This document shows positions 1-8,104 of a DNA stretch of 64,000 nt, one piece after another. This DNA comes from Minisyncoccia bacterium (GTDB lineage: Bacteria; Patescibacteriota; Minisyncoccia; Phycocordibacterales; UBA9973). Numbering within the stretch: position 1 is the stretch's first letter; every line of letters starts with the position of its first letter. The DNA is taken from contig JBBQGX010000002.1 in NCBI GenBank assembly GCA_038323465.1, positions 132-64,131 of the forward strand, read 5' to 3'. A program made the position numbers and the translations under genes. The notes under the pieces are model-generated. The model ran no database searches. It saw only the letters and a list, made by a program, of their open reading frames with translations, and was not told where the DNA came from.

Positions 1-2
1 CA

Positions 3-497
3 TCTGCCAATGGATCAGGTACGACTTATACTAGTAGCAGTATTTATCTATTAAACGCCGACCTTACTTTATATGCGATTTTTGAATTAATTCCTGTGCA
101 TCATAGCTCAGGGTCATCTGCCTCTTCTCGCTATAACAACCTTCTTGCTATGGGGAACATACAAGCAGCTAATCAATTAAAATTAGAATTCCCCACGATG
201 ATTACTCCAATAGCAACCCACAATTCTTTGGATGAGCAAGTAATCATAGAAATTACTTCAAAATACACATTCACCAAGATTCTTAAACAGAATATTTCCC
301 ATCCTGAAGTTAAAGAACTTCAGAAATATTTAAATACTCATGGTTATGTACTCGCTAAATCTGGAGCAGGCTCAGTAGGAAAGGAGACAACTAAATTTGG
401 TCCCGCTACAAAGAAAGCTGTTATTAAGTTTCAGATTACTAATGGTTTAAAAGGGGATGGAGTTGTAGGACCAATGACTGTATCTAAGATGAAGTAA
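3..497 (+). CDS. 3' part of a larger gene; protein ending in a peptidoglycan-binding (PG_binding_1-like) domain
   Basis: This frame is open from the first bases of the window to the TAA at 495-497. The track start at 96 (GTG) is therefore probably internal. The C-terminus HPEVKELQKYLNTHGY...FGPATKKAVIKFQITNGLKGDGVVGPMT fits the PG-binding repeat pattern. Confidence 0.6.
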   Translation, partial: SANGSGTTYTSSSIYLLNADLTLYAIFELIPVHHSSGSSASSRYNNLLAMGNIQAANQLKLEFPTMITPIATHNSLDEQVIIEITSKYTFTKILKQNISHPEVKELQKYLNTHGYVLAKSGAGSVGKETTKFGPATKKAVIKFQITNGLKGDGVVGPMTVSKMK

Positions 498-510
498 CAA
501 TTTAAAAAAT

Positions 511-648
511 AGTATTAAAAGGGGTAGGGGAACCTATCTCTTGTAAACATAATAGTCGAAGCTCATGGAGTATAGGACCCTTGAACGTTCAGTTAGTTTA
601 TTTAGCCCTTTAATTTAGGGTTATTGTAGGCTAATAGGAGTTGAACTA
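511..648 (+). repeat. Intergenic repeat, module X (511-582) plus module Y (588-648)
   Basis: Y (ttcagttagtttatttagccctttaatttagggttattgtaggctaataggagttgaacta) recurs at 1711-1771 with 54/61 identity and no gaps. X (agtattaaaaggggtaggggaa...) has a diverged copy at 4333-4406. Confidence 0.7.
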
Positions 649-679
649 ATTTAATATTATCTGTTACAATAAGTATATT

Positions 680-1612
680 ATGAAAAAAAATCTAAAAGTT
701 ATTGGGATTATTTGTATTATTTTTGTTTTATTTGTAATTGCTGGTATGTATAAGTTTAATTATTTGTCTGGTAAATCTGGGTATGATGTTGATGGGAACA
801 AGATGGTATTGTCTGATTATAAAAATACCTCGTATACTATCGATGGTCAGATAGTGAAGCTTGTTGATGGTATTTCTGAAGTAGAATCAGCTCCAGGTTC
901 TGCTTCGAAGATCATTACTAAATATTTTGGTAATGAGATTAAAAAAGATCTAAATGGAGATGGTAAAGATGATATAGCTTTTCTTGTAACTCAAGAGAAT
1001 GGGGGGTCTGGAACATTCTTTTACGTTGTAGCAGCACTTAATACTTCTAATGGATATATAGGTTCTCATGGAGTCTTACTTGGAGATCGTATCTCTCCAC
1101 AAACAACAGAATCAGGCAAAGGTAATTCAATAATCGTTAACTATATGGACAGGGTTTTTGGAGAACCAATGACCACGTCTCCGTCTGTTGGTAAGAGTAT
1201 CAAATTAATTTTAGATCCTACTACAATGCAATTTGGAGAATTGGCTCAAAATTTCGAAGGAGAAGCCGACCCAAAACGAATGAGCCTTAACATGAAAACA
1301 TGGAAGTGGGTAAAAGCTGAATCTAGTGATGGGGAAATTGTTGTTCCAAAAAAAGATTCATTTACTCTTACTTTCAAAAAGGATGGAACTTTTGGAACTA
1401 CCACAGATTGTAATATTGCCGGAGGAAAGTATGATTTGAAAGATAATACTATCGTCTTTAGTAATATATTTTCTACAAAAATGTACTGTGAGGATTCTCA
1501 AGAAAATTATTTTATTTCTTTATTAGATAAAACTAATGGATATCTTTTTACTTCAAAAGGCGAACTTGTGTTAACTCTTAAATCAGATAGTGGATCTGTT
1601 TATTTTAAGTAA
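680..1612 (+). CDS. Membrane-anchored protein with C-terminal META (HslJ-like) domain
   Basis: N-terminal hydrophobic helix (VIGIICIIFVLFVIAGMY). The C-terminal ~105 aa (WKWV...TTDCNIAGGKYDLKDNTIVFSNIFSTKMYC...LFTSKGELVLT) fit the META domain pattern. Confidence 0.7.
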   Translation: MKKNLKVIGIICIIFVLFVIAGMYKFNYLSGKSGYDVDGNKMVLSDYKNTSYTIDGQIVKLVDGISEVESAPGSASKIITKYFGNEIKKDLNGDGKDDIAFLVTQENGGSGTFFYVVAALNTSNGYIGSHGVLLGDRISPQTTESGKGNSIIVNYMDRVFGEPMTTSPSVGKSIKLILDPTTMQFGELAQNFEGEADPKRMSLNMKTWKWVKAESSDGEIVVPKKDSFTLTFKKDGTFGTTTDCNIAGGKYDLKDNTIVFSNIFSTKMYCEDSQENYFISLLDKTNGYLFTSKGELVLTLKSDSGSVYFK

Positions 1613-1710
1613 TAAATCATTACTATCAGTATATTTTGCATATAAATTATCCATATATTCTGTATTTTCTAGTATAACTATAATAAAACTCGGCTAGAGA
1701 CTCTCCTACA

Positions 1711-1771
1711 TTCAGTTGGTTTGTTTAACCTTTCAATTTAGGGTTATTGTAGGGTGATAGGAGTTGAACTA
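1711..1771 (+). repeat. Intergenic repeat module Y, copy 2
   Basis: 61 nt, 54 identical to 588-648. Some substitutions keep the small hairpin (gccc..gggt versus aacc..ggtt). Confidence 0.7.
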
Positions 1772-1900
1772 TTCATATTTCATAATTAAGTTATGAAAGA
1801 AAAACTAGAGATGACTTGTATAAAGGATAGAGGGGGTCGAATTATTAATTATTAAAAAATATCCCGTAAAAATTTAGAATTCACGGGACGCATAAAATAT

Positions 1901-2305
1901 ATGAAAATTAAAAAGAATATAATTGCTGTGTTTACTTTAGCTATCATTGGAGTTATTGGACTCATAGCTGTTAATTCAGTTTCTGCTTATAGAGGGGATC
2001 CAAGTGTTAAAGGACCAAATTATGCAGTAGAGAGACATGACGCAATAGAAAAAGCTTTTGAAACTAATGATTACACAGCTTGGAAAAATCTTATGCAAGG
2101 AAGAGGTCGTGTCGCAATAGTTGTGACTAAAGACAATTTTGCAAAATTTGCTCAAGCTCATAATTTAGCTCTACAAGGTAAAACAACTGAAGCAAGTGCA
2201 ATTAGAAAAGAATTAGGTTTAGGATTAAAAGATGGGAGTGGACAAAATAGTGGTTTTGGTCTTGGACGAGGTCAAGGAATAGGACACAGAGGGATGATGA
2301 GATAA
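1901..2305 (+). CDS. Hypothetical secreted protein with Gly-rich C-terminus
   Basis: Signal-peptide-like N-terminus (IIAVFTLAIIGVIGLIAVNSVSA). No family recognised. Followed by a clear terminator. Confidence 0.6.
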   Translation: MKIKKNIIAVFTLAIIGVIGLIAVNSVSAYRGDPSVKGPNYAVERHDAIEKAFETNDYTAWKNLMQGRGRVAIVVTKDNFAKFAQAHNLALQGKTTEASAIRKELGLGLKDGSGQNSGFGLGRGQGIGHRGMMR

Positions 2306-2316
2306 TTTAAGATAAT

Positions 2317-2361
2317 AAAAGGTATTTACTGCAGGGCTCACTCCGCGATAAATACCTTTTA
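2317..2361 (+). terminator. Rho-independent terminator
   Basis: aaaaggtattta (2317-2328) pairs with taaatacctttt (2349-2360) around a GC-rich loop. The right arm ends in a T run. Confidence 0.7.
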
Positions 2362-2406
2362 TTGCCTTAGAAAATATAATAAATAATTGTGTTAAAATTA
2401 TAATGT

Positions 2407-2952
2407 ATGGAAGACTTAAAAACATTAACAGATGAACAAATAGTAGAATATGTCAGAACTAAAGACAAAGAATCATATGTCGAAATTGTTTTACGATATC
2501 AAGATAAACTAATAAGATATTCCAACTCTTTAATACATGACGAGCATAAATCTGCTGATATTGTTCAAAATACTTTCATAAAAGCTTTTGTTAATCTAAA
2601 TAGTTTTAATATAAAGATGAAGTTTTCTACATGGATATATCGTATACTTCACAATGAGGCAATAAATAAGATTATCAAACACAAGAGAGAAGTTCCACTC
2701 TCTCTTGATATGGATATAGTAAGTGATGAAGATATAGAACTAAATTTTAATAAAGAAGAAATTAAGACAAAAGTAAATAATTGTATATCAGGAATGCCTC
2801 TTATTTATGCCGAACCACTAACATTATTTTTTCTAGAAGAAAAATCGTATGATGAGATAAGTGATATTTTGCGATTACCAATAGGAACAGTCGGGACAAG
2901 AATTAACAGAGCTAAGAATTTATTAAAAAATATATGTCAAACCAAGAATTAA
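2407..2952 (+). CDS. ECF-type RNA polymerase sigma factor (sigma-70 regions 2 and 4)
   Basis: Region 2 (DIVQNTFIKAFVNLNSF...FSTWIYRILHNEAIN) and region 4 HTH (SYDEISDILRLPIGTVGTRINRAKNLL). Confidence 0.85.
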   Translation: MEDLKTLTDEQIVEYVRTKDKESYVEIVLRYQDKLIRYSNSLIHDEHKSADIVQNTFIKAFVNLNSFNIKMKFSTWIYRILHNEAINKIIKHKREVPLSLDMDIVSDEDIELNFNKEEIKTKVNNCISGMPLIYAEPLTLFFLEEKSYDEISDILRLPIGTVGTRINRAKNLLKNICQTKN

Positions 2953-3413
2953 ATATAACAGAAAATGTAATGAATAAGATCAAAAACGGGGAAGCAAAGA
3001 TGAAGTCCCGATGGTATTTTCTCTTAGGTTCTACCGTAGCAATTATTGGACTTGTTTTTTTAGTAACCACCTTAATCTTTTTGCTGAATTTAATAATATT
3101 CTCTCTTCGAACGCATGGGCCAATGGGGGATATTCGTTATGAACAACTCATTTCTAATTTTCCCTGGTGGGCTCCATTTATAGCAATCACCGGAGTTGGT
3201 TTTGGCATTTGGATATTAAAGAAATTTGATTTTTCTTATAAAAAGAATTTCCTCTTTATTGTTATTGGGTTTATTTTAGCTATTGTCATTGCTGGATGGT
3301 TTATCGATTATCTTGGATTTAATAATCTTATGGAAAGAGGTCCGATGAGAGGCCTATATCAGTATCAAGGTGGGGGAGGTACGATGGGTCAAGGTTGGAG
3401 AGGCTCGAGATAG
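2934..3413 (+). CDS. Putative anti-sigma factor / multi-pass membrane protein
   Basis: Overlaps the sigma gene by 19 nt, suggesting translational coupling. Short cytoplasmic N-terminus followed by several hydrophobic helices. Function inferred from position only. Confidence 0.45.
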   Translation: MSNQELNITENVMNKIKNGEAKMKSRWYFLLGSTVAIIGLVFLVTTLIFLLNLIIFSLRTHGPMGDIRYEQLISNFPWWAPFIAITGVGFGIWILKKFDFSYKKNFLFIVIGFILAIVIAGWFIDYLGFNNLMERGPMRGLYQYQGGGGTMGQGWRGSR

Positions 3414-3445
3414 TGTTATGTAGTTTTTAAAAGTTAGAGTATATC

Positions 3446-3493
3446 TTGACTTCTTTTTATTATTAGTATATCATTCAAATGTAGGTTTGAATG
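3446..3493 (+). promoter_or_regulatory. Candidate promoter plus perfect 8-6-8 inverted repeat (putative ArsR operator)
   Basis: TTGACT at 3446-3451 and TATATC at 3467-3472. CATTCAAA (3472-3479) and TTTGAATG (3486-3493) are exact reverse complements, ending 4 nt before the ArsR-family ATG. Confidence 0.45.
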
Positions 3494-3497
3494 TATT

Positions 3498-3791
3498 ATG
3501 AATAATATAACAAAAAAACAGAATATAGAATTATTTGCAAAGAAGCTAAGAGTAGCGGGGGATTCAAGTAGATTAAGAATTCTTTGTCTTATCTTTAGTG
3601 ACAAAAAAGTCTGTGTTTCAGATATTGCTAAAGAATTGGGGATGAGTGTGGCGATTACATCACATCATCTACAATCTCTAGCAAAAGAAGGCTTACTTTT
3701 ATCAAGTCGAGAAGGTAAAAAAATCTGCTATTCCTTGTCAAAAAATGATATGGTGACAGATTTAAAGAAGTTTATATGTCGATATAAATAG
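3498..3791 (+). CDS. ArsR/SmtB family transcriptional regulator
   Basis: Winged HTH: RLRILCLIF...VCVSDIAKELGMSVAITSHHLQSLAKEGLLLSSREGKKICYSL. Confidence 0.85.
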   Translation: MNNITKKQNIELFAKKLRVAGDSSRLRILCLIFSDKKVCVSDIAKELGMSVAITSHHLQSLAKEGLLLSSREGKKICYSLSKNDMVTDLKKFICRYK

Positions 3792-3821
3792 GTTAGATTA
3801 TTAAAAATAATAAAAAATTAT

Positions 3822-4067
3822 ATGAATCCAAAAAATAAAAAAGTTATCGTTTACTCAACAACAACATGCCCATATTGTGTATATGCAAAAGAATTTTTCA
3901 AAGAGAATAATGTTTTATTTGTAGATAAAAACGTATCTGTCGATAGAATCGCAGGGCAGGAGATGGTAAAAAAGAGTGGGCAAATGGGAGTTCCTGTTAT
4001 AGATATTGACGGAGAAATTGTAGTAGGTTTCCAGCCAAACGTCTTTGAGAAATTATTAGCTAAATAA
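3822..4067 (+). CDS. Glutaredoxin/NrdH-like small redoxin
   Basis: 81 aa with a CPYC active site after the first beta strand (VIVYSTTTCPYCVYAK) and GVPVIDIDGEIVVGF at the C-terminal part. Confidence 0.8.
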   Translation: MNPKNKKVIVYSTTTCPYCVYAKEFFKENNVLFVDKNVSVDRIAGQEMVKKSGQMGVPVIDIDGEIVVGFQPNVFEKLLAK

Positions 4068-4072
4068 AATTT

Positions 4073-4285
4073 ATGAAAATACAAAAAAATGAAAGTACTG
4101 CAGATAGACTGATAAGGATGGTGTTGTCGATAATATTCTTTATACTGGCTTTCTATTTGTCATATAGGGTATTACAAATAGTATTCTATATTCTTTCTTT
4201 AACAATGCTAGTTACTACTATCTTTGGCTTCTGTATTTTATATAAGATATTTAATATAAGTACTGGGGATCTAAAATCTGCTTAA
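4073..4285 (+). CDS. Small two-helix membrane protein, DUF2892 (YgaP C-terminal)-like
   Basis: DRLIRMVLSIIFFILAF...LTMLVTTIFGFCILYKIF pattern. The family name is recalled from memory. Sits in an operon-like position after ArsR and glutaredoxin. Confidence 0.55.
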   Translation: MKIQKNESTADRLIRMVLSIIFFILAFYLSYRVLQIVFYILSLTMLVTTIFGFCILYKIFNISTGDLKSA

Positions 4286-4332
4286 AAAGTACCTTTGTAA
4301 AGGTTTATCTTAAAAGAGGATAATTAAACAAT

Positions 4333-4406
4333 AGCATTAAAAGGGATAAGGGGAATTACCCCCTATTAAATATAGAAGTTGAAATTCCTAGAACGCAGGG
4401 TCCTTT
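4333..4406 (+). repeat. Diverged copy of intergenic module X
   Basis: agcattaaaagggataaggggaa matches 511-532 (agtattaaaaggggtaggggaa) closely. The remainder has looser, patchy similarity. Contains the hairpin gggg-aatta-cccc. Confidence 0.35.
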
Positions 4407-4433
4407 TTCAAGTATCATATTTTATGTTATAAT
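4405..4433 (+). promoter_or_regulatory. Candidate sigma-70-type promoter (TTTTCA-17-TATAAT) 6 nt upstream of an ATG
   Basis: Hexamers at 4405-4410 and 4428-4433, ATG at 4440. Same geometry as at 28062-28074. Confidence 0.4.
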
Positions 4434-4439
4434 TTAAAT

Positions 4440-4577
4440 ATGACTATGAATTTTAAAGAAAATAGAGTTTCGAATCCTGTTTCTGAGGAATTTTTGAATT
4501 CCTCAAGTAAAAATAACAATGAAGTTCTCAAAGATTTTTCTCTTGAGCAAGAGGCTTTTTTAAATAAAGAATCTTAA
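4440..4577 (+). CDS. Small ORF, 45 aa, hypothetical (below the track cutoff)
   Basis: ATG..TAA translating to MTMNFKENRVSNPVSEEFLNSSSKNNNEVLKDFSLEQEAFLNKES. Preceded by a promoter-like box. No homology recognised. Confidence 0.35.
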   Translation: MTMNFKENRVSNPVSEEFLNSSSKNNNEVLKDFSLEQEAFLNKES

Positions 4578-4580
4578 AAG

Positions 4581-4721
4581 ATGAATATTTATGCTTTAGA
4601 CGAAGAAGATTTTAGGGGTAAAATTGATGATACTATAATTGATAAAGATGAAGCTTATTTGACGATTGTTTCATTTTGTGACAAGTTAAAAGAAGGGGCT
4701 AGTAAAATTATAGGCAATTAA
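4581..4721 (+). CDS. Small ORF, 46 aa, acidic, hypothetical (below the track cutoff)
   Basis: Starts 3 nt after the previous stop. Translates to MNIYALDEEDFRGKIDDTIIDKDEAYLTIVSFCDKLKEGASKIIGN. Confidence 0.3.
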   Translation: MNIYALDEEDFRGKIDDTIIDKDEAYLTIVSFCDKLKEGASKIIGN

Positions 4722-4762
4722 AATTCGTAGGTAGTTTATTATTTTAAATATTATTTAATTTT

Positions 4763-5164
4763 ATGTTAAAAGGATTTAAACAATTTATACTCAGGGGGAA
4801 TGTGGTTGATCTTGCTGTTGGTGTCGTCATCGGTGCTTCTTTTGGAGCAGTCGTGACATCTCTTGTTAATAATATAATAAACCCACTGATTGGGGCCATG
4901 ATTAAATCACCAGATTTTTCAGAGCTTTTCTTTGTGATAAATGATAGTAAATTTATGTATGGGAATTTTCTAAGTACAGTACTTTCTTTTATAATTATTG
5001 CTTTTGTTGTTTATTTCTTTGTTATAACTCCGATCAACGCTCTCGTATCTCGTTCTCATAGAAATAAACCACTTGATCCGACTACCAAGAAATGCCCTGA
5101 ATGTCTAAGTGATATTGCTATTGAAGCATCAAGATGTGCATATTGCACTGTAAAAATAGTTTAA
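4763..5164 (+). CDS. mscL: Large-conductance mechanosensitive channel MscL with C-terminal CxxC...CxxC tail
   Basis: N-terminus MLKGFKQFILRGNVVDLAVGVVIGASFGAVVTSLVNNIINPLIG is the MscL signature. C-terminal KKCPECLSDIAIEASRCAYC. Confidence 0.9.
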   Translation: MLKGFKQFILRGNVVDLAVGVVIGASFGAVVTSLVNNIINPLIGAMIKSPDFSELFFVINDSKFMYGNFLSTVLSFIIIAFVVYFFVITPINALVSRSHRNKPLDPTTKKCPECLSDIAIEASRCAYCTVKIV

Positions 5165-5166
5165 AT

Positions 5167-5649
5167 ATGGAAAATATCAAAAATAAAAATAAAAAAGTTG
5201 TGATGGTTAGTGGTGGATTTGACCCTATTCATATTGGACATATTAGATATATAAAAGAAGCTAAAAAACTTGGTGATTATTTGATTGTGGTTTTGAATAA
5301 CGACAATTGGCTTCGAATGAAAAAAGGAAAAGAATTCATGCCTGAATTAGAAAGAAAAGAGATAATTAAAGCAATTACAGGAGTAAATAAAGTTGTAATA
5401 TCTTATCATTGTAAAAATACAAAAGATATTAGTGTTTGCGAAGAAATTCGTAAAATAAAACCACATATTTTTGCAAATGGAGGAGACCGTAAGCCAGACT
5501 GGGACCCAATTCCAGAAGTTGACTTATGTAAGAGTCTAGGAATAAAGATGGTTTATAATGTTGGTCATGGTGGTAAGATTAGAAGCTCAAGTGAGTTAGT
5601 TAAAAAATATTCAAAGCATTTAGAAAAATATGCAAATAAGAAAAATTAA
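5167..5649 (+). CDS. Cytidylyltransferase-like nucleotidyltransferase (RfaE domain II / TagD-like)
   Basis: GGFDPIHIGHIRYIKEAKKLGDYLIVVLNND carries the HxGH motif of this fold. The ATG at 5167 is preferred over the track start at 5134, which overlaps mscL. Confidence 0.75.
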   Translation: MENIKNKNKKVVMVSGGFDPIHIGHIRYIKEAKKLGDYLIVVLNNDNWLRMKKGKEFMPELERKEIIKAITGVNKVVISYHCKNTKDISVCEEIRKIKPHIFANGGDRKPDWDPIPEVDLCKSLGIKMVYNVGHGGKIRSSSELVKKYSKHLEKYANKKN

Positions 5650-6280
5650 AATTCCAAAAAATATAGTAATCATGTTAATTTTTGTCGCAGTTTTGCATAT
5701 ATTACGGGTTATTTTTTTTGGAAACTACGCATTTACTTATATATTGTGGAATATTCTTTTAGCTTTTGTTCCATTTTTAATAAGTTCTATATTAATTTTA
5801 TGGACAAATAAGAGTAATATATTTAAACCATTATTTATTATAGGATTCATCTTTTGGTTATTATTTTTACCGAATGCCCCCTATGTCGTAACTGACTTAA
5901 TTCACTTAGGTAGGATTCGGGTGGTTCCCGTGATGTATGATGCTTTTGTTTTATTTTCTTCTGCTTGGGTTTCACTTTTGATGGGACTATATTCTATAAA
6001 TCATATGGAAAAGATGTTTCTTTTGCGATTTTCAAAGAAAGTTACAAATATAATAATTGCATTTGTTATTTTGTTCACTAGTTTTGGGATGTATCTGGGT
6101 CGTTTTTTACGTTTTAATAGTTGGGATTTTTTTACTAGCCACATATCACTTTTATCTAGTATTTGGGAGGTATTTACAAAATCAAATGATTATATAAACG
6201 TTTATTCTTATACGCTACTATTTTTCTTTTTTATATACACTTCTTATCTATCTTTTAAGCAGACAGATATACGGGGATAA
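5630..6280 (+). CDS. Integral membrane protein, DUF1361-like
   Basis: Six or more hydrophobic helices and the motif LPNAPYVVTDLIHL. The family name is recalled from memory. Confidence 0.5.
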   Translation: MQIRKIKIPKNIVIMLIFVAVLHILRVIFFGNYAFTYILWNILLAFVPFLISSILILWTNKSNIFKPLFIIGFIFWLLFLPNAPYVVTDLIHLGRIRVVPVMYDAFVLFSSAWVSLLMGLYSINHMEKMFLLRFSKKVTNIIIAFVILFTSFGMYLGRFLRFNSWDFFTSHISLLSSIWEVFTKSNDYINVYSYTLLFFFFIYTSYLSFKQTDIRG

Positions 6281-6413
6281 CATTAATTTTGTTGCATAAA
6301 ATAAAATGATTATGATATAATATAGTTATTAATCCTATCTAGAGGGTACGTTGTTTTTGTTAATAATTATATTTAATAATATTATCTCATTTTGAGTAAT
6401 TATCTTTAATAGA

Positions 6414-6764
6414 ATGGAAAAACTAAATGTATTTCAAATAGAAAGACCATGGGGGAATTTTAGACAGTTTACTAAGAACGAATCTTCAACTGTAAAAATT
6501 ATTACCGTAAGACCAAATGAATTATTAAGTTTACAGACACATAGTAAAAGATCAGAGTTTTGGCATATAATATCCGGAGAAGGTTTTGTGGAGATAAATG
6601 AAACTAAGAAAGAGACAAAAACAGGTGATGAACACGAAATTCCTGTCGGTTCAAAGCATCGTTTATCGGCTGGACCATTAGGATTACGATTACTTGAGAT
6701 TGCTATTGGTGATTTTGACGAGGAAGACATTGTTCACCTTGAAGATAAATATGGAAGAGTTTAA
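6414..6764 (+). CDS. Cupin-fold mannose-6-phosphate isomerase (type II PMI C-terminal domain-like)
   Basis: RPWGNFRQF...VKIITVRPNELLSLQTHSKRSEFWHIISGEG...IPVGSKHRL matches the ManC-type PMI cupin. Confidence 0.8.
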   Translation: MEKLNVFQIERPWGNFRQFTKNESSTVKIITVRPNELLSLQTHSKRSEFWHIISGEGFVEINETKKETKTGDEHEIPVGSKHRLSAGPLGLRLLEIAIGDFDEEDIVHLEDKYGRV

Positions 6765-6769
6765 AAAAT

Positions 6770-8101
6770 ATGGCTAATGAATCAAAGAAAAAATCAAAGA
6801 ATTTATTTGGGTCACTTTTTAAAAAAGTAGCTAATTCCATGAGGATGAGTAATAAAAAAGATAAATCTATCATCGCAAAGAAAAAGATCCAAGATATTAA
6901 TGTTAGTAAAATAAAGAAAGTTTTAGTTTCTAAGAATGTTAAAGTAATAAAAAATCCAAAAATAAAAAAAGAAAAGAAAATTTTACCAAAAGTTAAGAAA
7001 ACTCTCAAAGGAAAAAAAAGGGTTGAAAAGAAAGTTGAAACGGTTAAGGCGGAAAAGCCAATTAAATTAAAAAAAGTTTCTCATAATCCCATAATTTCTC
7101 CGAGTCTATATAGTTGGGAATCGAAAGCAACATTTAATCCAACAGCTTTTGTTTCAGAGGATAAGGTTCATATAATATATAGAGCAATGGGGGAAGATGA
7201 TTCATCGGTTCTCGGCTATGCCTCGTCCTCTGATGGGCTGACTATTGATGAGCGTCCAACTTATTGTATTTATAAAAGATTGAATAATTATGTAAAAGAA
7301 GGGTTACCACTTAATTATTCATCAGGAGGAGGTTGGAATGGTGGCTGTGAAGATCCTAGGATTACGCTAATTAATGATACCCTATACATGATTTATACTG
7401 CTTTTGATGGTTGGGGCTCACTTCGTATGGCCCTTACTTCAATACTACTTTCAGATTTTAAGAATAAAAAATGGAATTGGAAAAAAGAAGTTCTTATTTC
7501 ACCACCAGGAGAGATGAATAAAAATTGGGTTCTTTTCCCTGAAAAGATAAATGGTAAATTTGCGATAATGCATAGTTTCTATCCAAATATTTTAATTAAT
7601 TATTTTGATAGTTTAGATGAACTTGATGGCAAAAAATTTATCAAAAGTAATAATACTAGACCAATAGACAAGGATCGTACTTGGGATTCATGGTTTCGAG
7701 GGATTGGTCCAACTCCAATAAAAACAGCAGAAGGATGGTTGGTTCTCTATCATGCTATGGACCATAGAAACCCCGATAGATATAGAATGGGAGCACTTAT
7801 TCTAGATTTGAATGATCCAACTAAGGTTCTTTATAGATCAAAGAACCCTATACTTGAGCCAGAAGAAACATATGAAAATAATGGTCATAAGTGGGGAGTA
7901 ATTTATTCTTGTGGTGCTGTATTAAAGCTTCTACAATCAGGGAAAAATAATTCTAGTAAAAAAGAAGAATTATATGTATACTACGGTGGAGCTGACAAAT
8001 TTGTCTGTGTGGCTTCTATTCCATTATCAAAATTGATAGATAGTTTGAAGGAGGATAAAATTATTAAATTAAAAAATATAAAAAATAGGAAGGAAATATA
8101 A
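6770..8101 (+). CDS. GH130-family glycoside phosphorylase/hydrolase (beta-mannoside type) with Lys-rich N-terminal extension
   Basis: NPIISPS...WESKATFNPTAF...IIYRAMGEDDSSVLGYASSSDG...GCEDPRIT...GWLVLYHAM...YRMGALILDLNDP...VYYGGADKFVCVA. The first ~105 aa are about 40% Lys. Confidence 0.85.
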   Translation: MANESKKKSKNLFGSLFKKVANSMRMSNKKDKSIIAKKKIQDINVSKIKKVLVSKNVKVIKNPKIKKEKKILPKVKKTLKGKKRVEKKVETVKAEKPIKLKKVSHNPIISPSLYSWESKATFNPTAFVSEDKVHIIYRAMGEDDSSVLGYASSSDGLTIDERPTYCIYKRLNNYVKEGLPLNYSSGGGWNGGCEDPRITLINDTLYMIYTAFDGWGSLRMALTSILLSDFKNKKWNWKKEVLISPPGEMNKNWVLFPEKINGKFAIMHSFYPNILINYFDSLDELDGKKFIKSNNTRPIDKDRTWDSWFRGIGPTPIKTAEGWLVLYHAMDHRNPDRYRMGALILDLNDPTKVLYRSKNPILEPEETYENNGHKWGVIYSCGAVLKLLQSGKNNSSKKEELYVYYGGADKFVCVASIPLSKLIDSLKEDKIIKLKNIKNRKEI

Positions 8102-8104
8102 TAT

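Noticed and set aside
4467-4477. tRNA T-loop-like string gtttcgaatcc
   Set aside because: The flanking bases cannot form a T-stem (agagt versus cctgt). No acceptor or anticodon arms can be drawn. It lies inside a candidate small ORF.
6434-7008. Minus-strand ORFs 6434-6730 and 6703-7008
   Set aside because: They are antisense to the cupin PMI and to the A-rich (Lys-coding) start of the GH130 gene. The second is simply the poly-Phe/Ile complement of a poly-Lys region.
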